Assembly (NCBI GenBank): GCA_964554015.1
Contig: CAZKMO010000004.1
Location: 1-62,583, forward strand
From: an uncultured bacterium
GTDB lineage: Bacteria; Zhuqueibacterota; QNDG01; CAYUAG01
Direction: 5' to 3'
DNA: 62,583 nt
The position numbers and the translations under genes were made by a program. The notes beneath the pieces are model-generated. The model saw only the letters and a list, made by a program, of their open reading frames with translations, was not told the origin of the DNA and ran no database searches. Of the stretch, positions 18,973 through 31,726 are shown one piece after another; positions within the stretch are counted from its first letter, which is position 1, and every line of letters starts with the position of its first letter.

Positions 18973-20511
18973 TTAATATGCCCGGGCAAAGACAACTCTT
19001 CCCATACTCTGTTTACCACATAAAATACATTTCCCCTTATCTGATTTCTCCTTAGACAAAGGAATACAACGGATGGAAACACTGAGATCCTCATTTATTT
19101 TATTTTCACATTCTGTACTTCCACACCAGTGAGACAAGGCAAATCCTCCAAAAATCTCTAAATCACTCTTTTTATGAGGAGTGAAAAATTGTTGAAAAGA
19201 TGTATAATCATCAATCTCTCTGGTGTGTTCATTCCTGAAGGCCTGGGCCCGGTTAAAAAGGGCATTCTGTATAGTATCCAGTACATCTATAATTTCATCT
19301 ATAAAAATATCTCTCTTCTGGCTGTATCGTTCTGGACGAGTTTTATCCCGACGGTAAACAAATACACTGTCATTTTGAATATCCCGGGGGCCTATTTCAA
19401 GAATTACCGGTACTCCTTTTTTGATCCATTCCCAGCTTTTTTCTCCAGCATTCATCTCTCTGGTATCCAGACTTACTTCAATCTGTTTATCATAATACTG
19501 TTTTTCCTGTAATGCCACCGCAATTTTATTACAGTAATCGAATACGTACTCTTTTTCACTATCATTTTTTATAATTGGTAAAATGACTACCTGGGTGGGA
19601 GCTAAACGAGGGGGCAGACACATTCCATTATCATCCCCATGCACCATTATAATCCCTCCGATAAGTCTGGTTGATACTCCCCAGGAGGTGGTCCAGACAT
19701 AGGATAAGTCACCATTTTGATCTTGAAACTGAATATTTGAAGCTTTGGCGAAATTCTGTCCTAAAAAGTGACTGGTTCCGGACTGCAGTGCCTTTCTATC
19801 CTGCATCATGGCCTCAATACATAAGGTCTTTATCGCACCGGGAAAACGCTCATTTTCAGTCTTTTCTCCGGTTAATACCGGTATCGCCATATATTCTTCA
19901 GCAAAATCCTTATAAATATCCAGTATAGTTAAAGTCTCTTCCCAGGCTTCTTTTTCAGTTTGATGGGCTGTATGTCCTTCCTGCCATAAGAACTCAGTTG
20001 TTCGCAGGAAAAGCCTGGTTCTCATTTCCCATCTTACAATATTAGCCCATTGATTAATCAGGAGTGGTAAATCCCGGTAGCTTTGTACCCACTTTGCAAA
20101 CATTTCCCCTATGATGGTTTCGGAGGTAGGACGGATCACCAGAGGTTCTTCCAATTTACCAGCAGGTTTCAATCCATGCTTTTGGTCAGATTGTAGCCGA
20201 TGATGAGTCACCACTGCACATTCTTTGGCAAAACCTTCCACATGTTCCGCTTCTTTCTCCATTAGGTGAAGAGGTATAAAAAGAGGGAAATAGGCATTGA
20301 CATGACCTGTTTTTTTAAATTTTTTATCCAAAACATTCCGTATATTTTCCCATAAAGTATAACCCCAGGGTTTTATAACCATGCATCCCCGAATTGGACT
20401 ATTTTCAGCCATGTCTGCTTGCTTGATGACTTGCTGATACCATTCCGGAAAATTTTCTTCTCTTTTAGGTTGTATTGCTGTTTTCTTTTCCTTACTCACT
20501 ATAATCTCCAA
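18973..20511 (-). CDS. proS: Proline--tRNA ligase, archaeal/eukaryote type
   Basis: RPTSET, RWE.R.R.FLRT.EFLWQEGHT and QSGTSHFLGQNF motifs; C-terminal zinc-binding domain ending FARAY; no INS editing domain. Confidence 0.96.
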   Translation of the reverse strand: MEIIVSKEKKTAIQPKREENFPEWYQQVIKQADMAENSPIRGCMVIKPWGYTLWENIRNVLDKKFKKTGHVNAYFPLFIPLHLMEKEAEHVEGFAKECAVVTHHRLQSDQKHGLKPAGKLEEPLVIRPTSETIIGEMFAKWVQSYRDLPLLINQWANIVRWEMRTRLFLRTTEFLWQEGHTAHQTEKEAWEETLTILDIYKDFAEEYMAIPVLTGEKTENERFPGAIKTLCIEAMMQDRKALQSGTSHFLGQNFAKASNIQFQDQNGDLSYVWTTSWGVSTRLIGGIIMVHGDDNGMCLPPRLAPTQVVILPIIKNDSEKEYVFDYCNKIAVALQEKQYYDKQIEVSLDTREMNAGEKSWEWIKKGVPVILEIGPRDIQNDSVFVYRRDKTRPERYSQKRDIFIDEIIDVLDTIQNALFNRAQAFRNEHTREIDDYTSFQQFFTPHKKSDLEIFGGFALSHWCGSTECENKINEDLSVSIRCIPLSKEKSDKGKCILCGKQSMGRVVFARAY

Positions 20512-20583
20512 TCCTATTCATTTTAACTTCTATTACATCATAAAAAAATTTTTTATTTATTTCAATAAAAAATACCAGAATGA

Positions 20584-22677
<2,094 letters not shown>

Positions 22678-22691
22678 TTAAATGTATATAT

Positions 22692-22730
22692 AAAAAAGGG
22701 GTTATCCAAATATATTATTTGAATAACCCC
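22692..22730 (-). terminator. Intrinsic terminator of the ArsR-family gene
   Basis: mRNA GGGGUUAUUCAAAU-aauau-AUUUGGAUAACCCC followed by U6. Confidence 0.75.
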
Positions 22731-22749
22731 GATAATGTCACGTCATTAA

Positions 22750-23046
22750 TTAACCGAGATTCTTTTTAAGTGCCTCAAGTATTTTAGGAAACTTTTTATC
22801 CACAAGACTATAATAAATCTGGGTACCATCTCTTCGGTTGGCTAAATATCCCGCATTTTTTAAATATTTCAATTGTTGAGATATGTAAGATTGTTTTGCT
22901 CCTAAAAATTTCTGAATTTCACCAACCCGTCTTTCACCAACATTTAAAATACATAAAATTTTAAGACGGGTTGTATTGGATACATCTTTCAGAAATGGTA
23001 TAATCTTATCACTTTCATTAAGAACTTTTTTTATTTTAGCATCCAT
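22750..23046 (-). CDS. ArsR/SmtB-family transcriptional regulator (HlyU/BigR-like)
   Basis: RLKILCIL..GE, SQQL..LK..G and RRDGTQIYYSL winged-HTH motifs; GGAGG RBS. Confidence 0.9.
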   Translation of the reverse strand: MDAKIKKVLNESDKIIPFLKDVSNTTRLKILCILNVGERRVGEIQKFLGAKQSYISQQLKYLKNAGYLANRRDGTQIYYSLVDKKFPKILEALKKNLG

Positions 23047-23102
23047 TAAAACCTCCCCTACATTATTAAATTATATAATTGACTATCAAATTTTTCCTTT
23101 CT

Positions 23103-23131
23103 AATATATAAAATTATTAATTTAAAGTCAA
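23103..23131 (-). promoter_or_regulatory. sigma70-type promoter of the ArsR-family gene
   Basis: TTGACT-N17-TATATT, about 57 nt upstream of the ATG. Confidence 0.6.
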
Positions 23132-23154
23132 GTAAAAAAACATTTTTTCATTAA

Positions 23155-24740
23155 TTACCAATTTATATTAATCTTAAAAAGGATCTCCCAACCCTTTTTA
23201 TTATTCTGACTCTTATTCTGAAAATCCTTAACCTTTAAATAGCTGACATCACAGCAGAATCTGCAGTCTTGTCGTATCTCACCAGTAATCCCTGTACTCA
23301 GTTTGTTATACCTTTCGACTATTCCAGATAAAAATTCTTTTTGTTCATTATCAGTCGTTTTATGGGGTTCCCTACGGTTACCTTCACCGTGACGGGCATA
23401 TAAATATTTTATATGAGAATAAAAGAATGAATCTATAAATTTTCTGAATTGCACAATAAAACAATCTGAATTAGGCTGAAGAAAACTTCCCAAACCGATG
23501 TTATAATTTTCAAATATATTAACTTCCTGATCATGAGTATAAACATAGGGTTCTATTCGAGTATATTCCATACGTAAATCTGAATCTTTAATTAGTAAAG
23601 GATTAATATAAAAAGCACCAAGATTCACTGCAAATTTATTACCCCAATAATCTGAAAATAATTCCCAGGGGGCAAAGAGATCATCAATAAACAATTCACC
23701 GTATACTTTACATCCCTTCAGGAGATTCAAAGCACAATCAAATCCTAAACTTACATTATCTTTATCCCCCAAAGTATGTTCGGCTATTAAATAAGGCATT
23801 ATGGGATTGAGATAGGCAACCTCTAATCCTCGTTCTCCGTAAATAACTGATTCATTTAAGCCAAGGTCAATTCTATCAGTTAGCGACACTGCTAACCGAT
23901 GAGCAGATATCCATTTGGAGGAAAAATCACTCCGCAAAGAACCATGTAACCAAATAAAGGTCACCGGTTTTAAAGTAACAGTCATTTTGAGTTGGTCAAA
24001 ATCAGGTGCTAAACCGGAAAACATCAAGCTTCCGTACTTTGATGGTCCCCACTTGACATTTTCTCTTCCAAATAAAAATTGTATTTTTTTAATATTAAAA
24101 CAAAAATAACTTTTGGAGACATCCCAGGTTGCTCCGGAACTGTCTCTGGTCGTATTGATGGGATATCCCTGGGAAGGATTATAATGTTGTATATAGGGAT
24201 CTCTTCCCCATTCAGAATAAATTCTGTTATCAGAATAAAAATGAATATTCGAGTATGATCCTCTTAAAACTGCTCCATAATAAGGTTGAAAGATATTTTC
24301 AGTTGATATTTGATTCAACTGCCTTAGAGATGATAGACCGGCTAATAAATCCAAATATAGATATGATCCTACTTGATTCCTTAAGGAATAGAAATGAATT
24401 TCCTTTAAATTTTTATCAATCTTTATTTTTTTATCAGTAATATCATCCTTAAATTCACCCTTCAGTCTTTCAAAATATTCCTTCTCAATCTGGGAAAGAC
24501 AATCCGGATGCAAATGATAATATTTATCCAGTTCAATTATATAATCAACAAACCTATTTCTGCTTAGGGGCCGGATATCATTATTAACAGATTTTAGAAT
24601 ACCTTTAGCCTCCAATCTTTCCACAAAATCATAGGCCCAATGATCTAAGGGTACATTTACTGATTGGGAATAAATAAATTGATATAGAATTAGGAAAGAT
24701 AATATTAAGATTATATATCTATTTTTTAAGATATTTTCAT
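23155..24740 (-). CDS. Capsule assembly Wzi-family outer-membrane protein with an apparent 1-nt frameshift just after the start codon
   Basis: FGRENVKWGP, ISAHRL, ESVIYG and VYGELFIDD Wzi-like motifs. The frame stays open upstream of the track start (24624) through a signal peptide and PLDHWAYDF up to 24735, but the ATG at 24740 is one base out of frame. Confidence 0.72.
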
Positions 24741-24960
24741 CCTCATGTTTAAAGTATAAATTTTAACCAATATTTATTGATTTCTTAAAATATACAAAGG
24801 AAGTAATTAATTTACAAATTATTTTTATTAAGTAATAAATAAAACATATATATAATCTTAAAATATCTCATGTAATACTCAAGTCATAAAATTAATAATA
24901 TATTTAATAAAAAATTTTTAGGGGTTTCCCGTATTTCATGAAAAATATAATATTTGAAGT

Positions 24961-27900
24961 TTAATTATCCTCCTGGTGAATGGCTTCATACACCTTGTTT
25001 AAAAGATCATTTAAGGTATATGGTTTTTCCAAGAACAAATATCCCTTTTCCATTATTGTAGGCCAACGAGACTTATGATCTGTATAACCACTGCTTAGTA
25101 AAATAGCAATATCCGGCTTTTTTTTCTGGAAATCCTCAACAATGGTAATACCACTTGTATCAGGTAAAACAACATCACTTAAAACAAGATCTAATTCATC
25201 CTTCTTTTGGGAAAATATTTTTTCAGCTTCACATCCATCAGCAGCAGTAAAAACTTTATACCCGTTTCTTTCCAAGGCATGTGAGGTGAATTCACGTACT
25301 TTATCCTGATCTTCTATTATAAGAACAACTTCCCCCTGACCTTTTTGGCGATTATCATATACATGTTTTTCTGCATATTTGTGTTTCACTTCTTCTGAGG
25401 CAGTAGGAAGATAAATTTTAAAAACCGTTCCTTTAGATAATTCACTTTCTACATCTATCCAACCACTATGCTGTTTTATAATACCGTATACAACTGATAA
25501 TCCCAGACCAGTTCCTTTTCCAGGCTCCTTAGTACTAAAAAAAGGATTAAAAATGTGTTCAAGAATCTTTTTACTCATACCTATTCCACTATCTTTTAAT
25601 GTAATGCAAACAAACTTTTCAGGGGTAAATTGGGGAAGATTTATATTTTTATCCTTAATGGTTAAATTTTCAGTTGTTATAACTAATTCACCCCCGTTAG
25701 GCATGGCATCTTTGGCATTCACTGCCAGATTCATTAAAACCTGCTCTATAGTGCCCTGATCAGCATAAAGTTTCCAAAGACCATCTGCTAATTGGACAGA
25801 AACTTTGATATCCTCACCAATAACCCTATATAACATCTTACTTAAATTATCAATTAAAATATTAGCATCAAAAACTTTATATTCCATAGGATGTTTTCTG
25901 CTAAAAAGAAGTAACTGACGAATCAATCGGGAAGCACGATGTGTACACTTCTTAACTTCCATAAGATCTGAGTAAACATCTTCTTCTCGACGGACTTGCA
26001 TTAGTGCTAAATCCATACTTACTTGAATTGCTGTTAATATATTGTTAAAATCATGAGCTATACCTCCGGTAAGAACTCCGATTGCCTCCATTTTCTGGGC
26101 CTGAATGAGTTGTGCTTTTATTCTTTCATTTTCCTGTTCACTATTAACTCTATCGGTAATATCTCTGACAATTGCATATCCCTCAATAAAATTACCAGCC
26201 TGATCAAAGTGAGGTGTGGCAGTAATTATAACCTGACGATTTTCACCATCCGGCCGGTTAATCTCTATTTCATAGGAATGTGTGCCAGCCGATTTTCTAA
26301 TTTCTATCTGTTTCACAAAAAATTTATAAGTTTCAGCAGACATGTAATCTTTTACATTCTGTCCTACAAATTCCTTTTCATTAACACCAAAAATTTCACC
26401 ACCGGCTTTATTGGAAAATAAAACAGTCTGATTGCTATCAATAATTATAATTCCTTCACCTGTATTCTCAACCAGTAACCTATACTTTTCTTCACTCTCC
26501 TGCAATGCTTCTTCAGATTTTCTTTTTTCAGTAATATCTTCTAGAACCCCATCATAAAACTCAATTTCATTATTTTCATTTCTAATTGCAGTTGCTGTTA
26601 CTGAACATATTATAGGAGTTCCATCCTTTCTACACAGAAATATTATTTCATCTTTAATAAAACCAAAATTTTTCAGTATATTCTCAATAAATTCTCTATC
26701 TTCTGGTTTTTGATATAAAGACGATACTTTCTGTTTTAAGAATTCATCTTTATCCTTAAAACCAAATATAGTAAGCATACCGGAATTAACTTCAATAAAA
26801 GTGCCATCTTCTCCAGGCTCATTCCTATAAATACCAATATTAACATTTTCGGTTAAGGTTCTATATTTTTCTTCACTTTCCTTCAACTGCCTTTCTGTTT
26901 CTTTTTTGGCCTTAGCTGTTCTTAAGGTTGTAATACCAAATGCCAAGTCATCAGCCATTTCTCCTATAAGTTTTACTTCTTCTTCATCATATCCGTTGAT
27001 ATCAGCAGAGCATATATCAAGAACCCCTAACTTTTCCGATTGATATATTAATGGTAAACTTATTGACCAACAAAACCCGCATTTAGCTGCTACTTGCTTC
27101 CACTGAACTTTATCATCAACTCTACATTTTAGGTTTTGAATGTACATTTTAGAATTCACAAAAGCTTTTAGGGGAGGTGGTGGCTTTTTCCCGGAGTGAG
27201 TAATTAAATCCCAATCCAAGCTATCCAGATATCCGTTATCCTCTCCTGCTTGAGCGACAGGGATGATTTTATCTTTATCATTTTTATCCGGGAATCCGAC
27301 CCAGACAAATTTATATCCTCCGATACCGACTAATAAATTACATATATCACGTAATAAAGTCTCCTCCTTATTGGCTCTTACCAGAGAACGGTTACAGGCT
27401 CCCAATGCTTTTATGGAACGGTTCAGACGCAGCATCTTCTTTTCATTTTCCTTACGTTCAGAAACATCTTTAAACACTAAAACCATACCATTAACATTTC
27501 CATCATCATCTTTAATGGCGGCCACACTATTATCTATGGGGATCTCTTTATTATCTTTACTGATGAGAAGAGTATGATTTGCTAAATTCCATATAATTCC
27601 TTGTTCAATAACCTGTTTTATGGGTGACTCCACAGGTTTACGATCCCTTTCACTGATGATTTTTATATAATCAGTCAAGTGCTTTTTATAAACCTCTTTT
27701 AAGCTCCAACCGGAGAGTCTTTCAGCCATGGGATTCATAAAGGTTATGTTACCCTGAACATCAGTGGATATAACAGCATCCCCGATACATTTTAAAGTAA
27801 TGGAAAGACGTTTTTCATTTTGCCGGATTCTTTTCTGGGTTTCATATTTATACAAAGCAATTTCAATAGTAGATTTTAATTCACGTTTAGTATATGGTTT

Positions 27901-28215
27901 AATCAAATAACCATAGGGATCTGCATTTTTAACCCGATTAACAGTGGACTCATCCGAGTAAGCAGTTAAAAAAACTATAGGCAAATCATATTTTTTATTA
28001 ATGCTCTCGGCTGCCTTAATACCATCTACCTTCCCTTTTAATTTAATATCCATTAAAATAAGATCCGGATATAACTCATCAACCTGTTTAATGGCATCTT
28101 CTCCATAGTTTATGGTATCACAAACTGCATATCCAAATTCATTTAACTGATTGCTCAGTTCCATAGCCACAATGTCATCATCTTCCACAATAAGTATTTT
28201 CTTTTGTTCACTCAT
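24961..28215 (-). CDS. Cytoplasmic hybrid sensor kinase (REC-PAS-GAF-PAS-PAS-HisKA-HATPase-REC)
   Basis: N- and C-terminal receiver domains (VEDD/DIKL and IEDQ/DVVLP); H-box GGIAHDFNNIL; NLAVNAKDAM; GKGTGLGLS; no TM segments. Confidence 0.93.
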   Translation of the reverse strand: MSEQKKILIVEDDDIVAMELSNQLNEFGYAVCDTINYGEDAIKQVDELYPDLILMDIKLKGKVDGIKAAESINKKYDLPIVFLTAYSDESTVNRVKNADPYGYLIKPYTKRELKSTIEIALYKYETQKRIRQNEKRLSITLKCIGDAVISTDVQGNITFMNPMAERLSGWSLKEVYKKHLTDYIKIISERDRKPVESPIKQVIEQGIIWNLANHTLLISKDNKEIPIDNSVAAIKDDDGNVNGMVLVFKDVSERKENEKKMLRLNRSIKALGACNRSLVRANKEETLLRDICNLLVGIGGYKFVWVGFPDKNDKDKIIPVAQAGEDNGYLDSLDWDLITHSGKKPPPPLKAFVNSKMYIQNLKCRVDDKVQWKQVAAKCGFCWSISLPLIYQSEKLGVLDICSADINGYDEEEVKLIGEMADDLAFGITTLRTAKAKKETERQLKESEEKYRTLTENVNIGIYRNEPGEDGTFIEVNSGMLTIFGFKDKDEFLKQKVSSLYQKPEDREFIENILKNFGFIKDEIIFLCRKDGTPIICSVTATAIRNENNEIEFYDGVLEDITEKRKSEEALQESEEKYRLLVENTGEGIIIIDSNQTVLFSNKAGGEIFGVNEKEFVGQNVKDYMSAETYKFFVKQIEIRKSAGTHSYEIEINRPDGENRQVIITATPHFDQAGNFIEGYAIVRDITDRVNSEQENERIKAQLIQAQKMEAIGVLTGGIAHDFNNILTAIQVSMDLALMQVRREEDVYSDLMEVKKCTHRASRLIRQLLLFSRKHPMEYKVFDANILIDNLSKMLYRVIGEDIKVSVQLADGLWKLYADQGTIEQVLMNLAVNAKDAMPNGGELVITTENLTIKDKNINLPQFTPEKFVCITLKDSGIGMSKKILEHIFNPFFSTKEPGKGTGLGLSVVYGIIKQHSGWIDVESELSKGTVFKIYLPTASEEVKHKYAEKHVYDNRQKGQGEVVLIIEDQDKVREFTSHALERNGYKVFTAADGCEAEKIFSQKKDELDLVLSDVVLPDTSGITIVEDFQKKKPDIAILLSSGYTDHKSRWPTIMEKGYLFLEKPYTLNDLLNKVYEAIHQEDN

Positions 28216-28271
28216 CAATTGTTACCCTATATTTAATTAATCATTACATATTTATATTGTATCATTTGATT

Positions 28272-28826
28272 TTATATATCAGTTACTGTATAGATCACCG
28301 TTGTTTGATAGGTATCACTGTCAACTACACCCGAGAGAAGTTGGAGCTGGAGCTGATTTTCAATCCCCTTGAGTTTTTTATCCCCTTGGAAAAATTCTGT
28401 ATCTGTAGTTGTGATTTCTTGATAGGAGGTTCCTCCGGTAACAGTGCCCCCTCCTGCACTCCCATCACTGGTTCTTCTTACATTAAGACGAAAATCACTA
28501 TTCCAGGTAATATCACTTCGTCTGACATATAAAATCCATCCATTAACTTTCTTCCCGTCAATATCTATTATAATCTGATCTACTAAACTCTCATAGCTGT
28601 TATTAAGTGGTGAACCAGGTCCTCCAAGTAGATCGGTCACACTAATGTTAAGTGCCCAGCTCCCGGTTACGGTTACGCCAGCCTGGGCTCGCAGAGTAGA
28701 AGGAAGTACGATGCATAAACTGATTAATATAATCCCTAAAGAGAATACCTTTACTTTTAGGTTATAAATTCCAGAGAAACTTGATATAGCTGACTTCCTA
28801 TTACATATGTTTTTTCTTCCATACAA
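28272..28826 (-). CDS. Putative minor fimbrial subunit (paralog of 32532..33080)
   Basis: Signal peptide ending LRA-Q; shares GGTSY..ITTTDTEFF.G and C-terminal TY.TT..YT..D with its paralog. TTG start uncertain. Confidence 0.6.
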   Translation of the reverse strand: MYGRKNICNRKSAISSFSGIYNLKVKVFSLGIILISLCIVLPSTLRAQAGVTVTGSWALNISVTDLLGGPGSPLNNSYESLVDQIIIDIDGKKVNGWILYVRRSDITWNSDFRLNVRRTSDGSAGGGTVTGGTSYQEITTTDTEFFQGDKKLKGIENQLQLQLLSGVVDSDTYQTTVIYTVTDI

Positions 28827-28849
28827 TTATTACATCCACTAATAGATTT

Positions 28850-31723
28850 TTACTCATAATTAAATTTAAGGCCAGCACTTTTTTCTCTGGTTCTCTTTTC
28901 AATTTCTTCCTTGGATTTTTGTTTTAAAGTACCGCCCGAATTCTTAAATCTAATTGTTCTCTTGATTTGAAATACTCTCAACTGAATTTCCTTGCTCTCT
29001 CCGGGATTAAGTTCAACATTCAGCACTTCCTTTTCAAATTTATGATAGGGCGGCAAATTATCATCATACAACTTGACTCTCCAGGTCCCGGGTTTCAGTT
29101 CCCTGAACTCAAATTTTCCCAGTGCATCCGTAATATTTCTTAACACTTTATCACCATTCTGTATTTCCACAATAATATTGGGCACTCCCCCGTTTCTATA
29201 AAGAGAGCTTCCGTCTTTCCCTTCACCTACCAGATAATATTTTCTTTGAGAATCTTGATTATCCTCAATAATTATTTGTTTTTTATATAATGAATCTTCC
29301 TTGCTGACATATTTAAAAATATTGATCTTACCTGATATGACTGCCCCTTTTACAATATCAATCTTAAATTCATTTTCTTGGGATGGATGCACTTCCAGAG
29401 TAATGGGGGTATCCGGAACAGTTACCTTATCCAATCCGATAGTGGCCCTGTCAATACTTAATAGATATTTACCCGGATTTAAGGCAGGAAATTTAAATTT
29501 ACCCTTGTCATCGGTTACTACCGAAAAATTATTAAGTCGAATAACTACATTTTTTAAAGGCTCTTGCGTTTCCATATCATATACATGTCCGGATACTGAT
29601 CCTACATAGGTTTTTAATCCCAGAGGAATATGAAAGGGAGCTTGATAGTTGAACAGGATAGCAGTTTCTTTCTTATCGATGGAATTTTTAAGCAGAGTCT
29701 GTCTGCATTGCAGGGATATTCTGTGATTATTGGGAAATTTGTATCTAATATAACCTTCCAATAAATCACGGTTGGTGTAATAATCTTCCGTGGAGGCATT
29801 GGTTTTATAGCGGAGAGAGCAATATAGTTTATCTGAAATGGTAATATCACAATCCACTCCCAGAGTCCAGCGCTTACTGTTACCAATTCTATATATCGAA
29901 CTTTCATCATACATGGCATAAAAATTATATTTTTGCCATTTGTTTACATAGAGTAAAGATGAAAATCTATACCGACTCATTTTTGAGGTTTTATCAGTTA
30001 TTTTATTATAGGACTCTCCTAAATTGGTATAGAAAGAAAATCCAAAATAATTAAATCGGGAATTCATTTGAAACACCAATCCGCTTTCGTCATAATCAAA
30101 AAGACGGGCAGGTAATCGATCCTCACTGCTTCTTTTTCTGGCCAGACAACTTAATCGTAAACTCGACCGCAGGTTATAATTAATACCAAATGAATACTGT
30201 TTGGTATAAGGAGCTGAATAGCGAGTGGTATCAAGTTCAAAATTTCTTTTTTGATTCTGTATTCTTCCGGTTAAGCGGAGGTTATTTATTACGGGTACAC
30301 TTAAATTTGCCGTGACATACTTTGTATCCCGGTAATAACCGGGGAAATCCCTGGTAGCATAAATATAGCGCAGGGAATAGGCAAATCCTTTTTCCAAACC
30401 GGTCAGATCAAGAAGGTGAGCATATTCTGTATTGCTGTTTTTATTACTGAAAGCGGTTTCAAGCTTAATATCAGTATCCTTTAACACTCTAAAATTCCCT
30501 TCCACACTGTAAATATCATTGACCTGCTCTTCTTCCTTTTTATTTAAATAATTGATACCAATTATGTTTTTTTTATTAATAAAAAAATCTACAAATCCGG
30601 CAATTTCTCTGGTGGGCCCGAACATCCACCTTGATTTCTCATAATACCCGCCCATCTGAAACCTACCCAAACTCACACTGCCCTCTGCCCCTCTACCATA
30701 CCGTGAGTTTTCAGTTAAATTGGACAGGGAATATCGAAAATCACCCACTTTAATACTATAGGCATCAGTATGATAATGAACATTATATTCATCATATTTG
30801 GCTAAAACTGACTTACCGTACGCACTGGGACTTCTAATGTGAAAAGCTAGATTTTTCTTTCCTTTTTCATCCAATTCCCCCTCTCCTTTCACATCGAATT
30901 GATACCCGTATTTTTCTTTCTGATTAAAGGTACTGAAAGCTCTTACAGCAGTATGAAGGGGAAAATATCTGTAGGGCAATGATCGTTTTATATTCTTGGG
31001 AATTATTATGACCTGGGAAGAAACCATGGTCATCACTTCTTCCTTGGCTTTTGAGAGTATCTTGGCAAAAATTACCTGTTTGATTTGTTTCTTAATATTT
31101 TTATCTGATGTTATCTTAACCGGTATCTCAATACTTTCACCAGCATTTAGTGAATATTCATAGGTATCTATTACCAGTTCAAGATCATCATGATTGCTAA
31201 TCGCAATCCTGAATTCTTCGGTTTGATTACTCCAGTTTTTAACTCGATAAAGGATAGAATAGATATCACCAGCAATAGCATAATCGGTCTTTTTAATTAC
31301 CTTTATATCCAATTTCCTCACTGACATCACCACCACGGTAAATGAGTATAGATCACTAATAGAAGGATTATCTCGGGAGTGAACTCTATAGGTTAGGGTA
31401 TATTTACCGGCCAGGGCAAAACTTGGAATATGAAAGCTGACAAGTTTTATTTCGGTCTGATTTTCGGACAAGGAAAACGGAAACTCTCTGGTAATTATTT
31501 TCCATCCCTCCGGAAGCTTTAATTCTGCTATAAACTCTTGTTCCGGACTGGAGATATTAGTTACCCGAAAAGCAGTAGTAACCACACTTTTGGGTTCAGC
31601 TTCAATAAGTTCTTCTCCGGTCGGTCTTACTTCGATTTCATTTGAGTTTTCCCCTCTAAGCTCGGAATAAGAAAGCAAAGCCATTAAAAAGAAAAGAAAA
31701 AATTTTGCAACTGTTCTGATCAT
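28850..31723 (-). CDS. Large outer-membrane usher-like protein (N-terminal Ig-like domains, beta-barrel, C-terminal carboxypeptidase-regulatory/Cna-B-like domains)
   Basis: Signal peptide; two FRVTN/YRVKN Ig-like repeats; long amphipathic beta-strand region; GSVSGHVYD..T..PL...VIRL...TDDKGKFKF..L.PGKY and TDALGKFEF..LKPGTW domains. Confidence 0.65.
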   Translation of the reverse strand: MIRTVAKFFLFFLMALLSYSELRGENSNEIEVRPTGEELIEAEPKSVVTTAFRVTNISSPEQEFIAELKLPEGWKIITREFPFSLSENQTEIKLVSFHIPSFALAGKYTLTYRVHSRDNPSISDLYSFTVVVMSVRKLDIKVIKKTDYAIAGDIYSILYRVKNWSNQTEEFRIAISNHDDLELVIDTYEYSLNAGESIEIPVKITSDKNIKKQIKQVIFAKILSKAKEEVMTMVSSQVIIIPKNIKRSLPYRYFPLHTAVRAFSTFNQKEKYGYQFDVKGEGELDEKGKKNLAFHIRSPSAYGKSVLAKYDEYNVHYHTDAYSIKVGDFRYSLSNLTENSRYGRGAEGSVSLGRFQMGGYYEKSRWMFGPTREIAGFVDFFINKKNIIGINYLNKKEEEQVNDIYSVEGNFRVLKDTDIKLETAFSNKNSNTEYAHLLDLTGLEKGFAYSLRYIYATRDFPGYYRDTKYVTANLSVPVINNLRLTGRIQNQKRNFELDTTRYSAPYTKQYSFGINYNLRSSLRLSCLARKRSSEDRLPARLFDYDESGLVFQMNSRFNYFGFSFYTNLGESYNKITDKTSKMSRYRFSSLLYVNKWQKYNFYAMYDESSIYRIGNSKRWTLGVDCDITISDKLYCSLRYKTNASTEDYYTNRDLLEGYIRYKFPNNHRISLQCRQTLLKNSIDKKETAILFNYQAPFHIPLGLKTYVGSVSGHVYDMETQEPLKNVVIRLNNFSVVTDDKGKFKFPALNPGKYLLSIDRATIGLDKVTVPDTPITLEVHPSQENEFKIDIVKGAVISGKINIFKYVSKEDSLYKKQIIIEDNQDSQRKYYLVGEGKDGSSLYRNGGVPNIIVEIQNGDKVLRNITDALGKFEFRELKPGTWRVKLYDDNLPPYHKFEKEVLNVELNPGESKEIQLRVFQIKRTIRFKNSGGTLKQKSKEEIEKRTREKSAGLKFNYE

Positions 31724-31726
31724 TTT

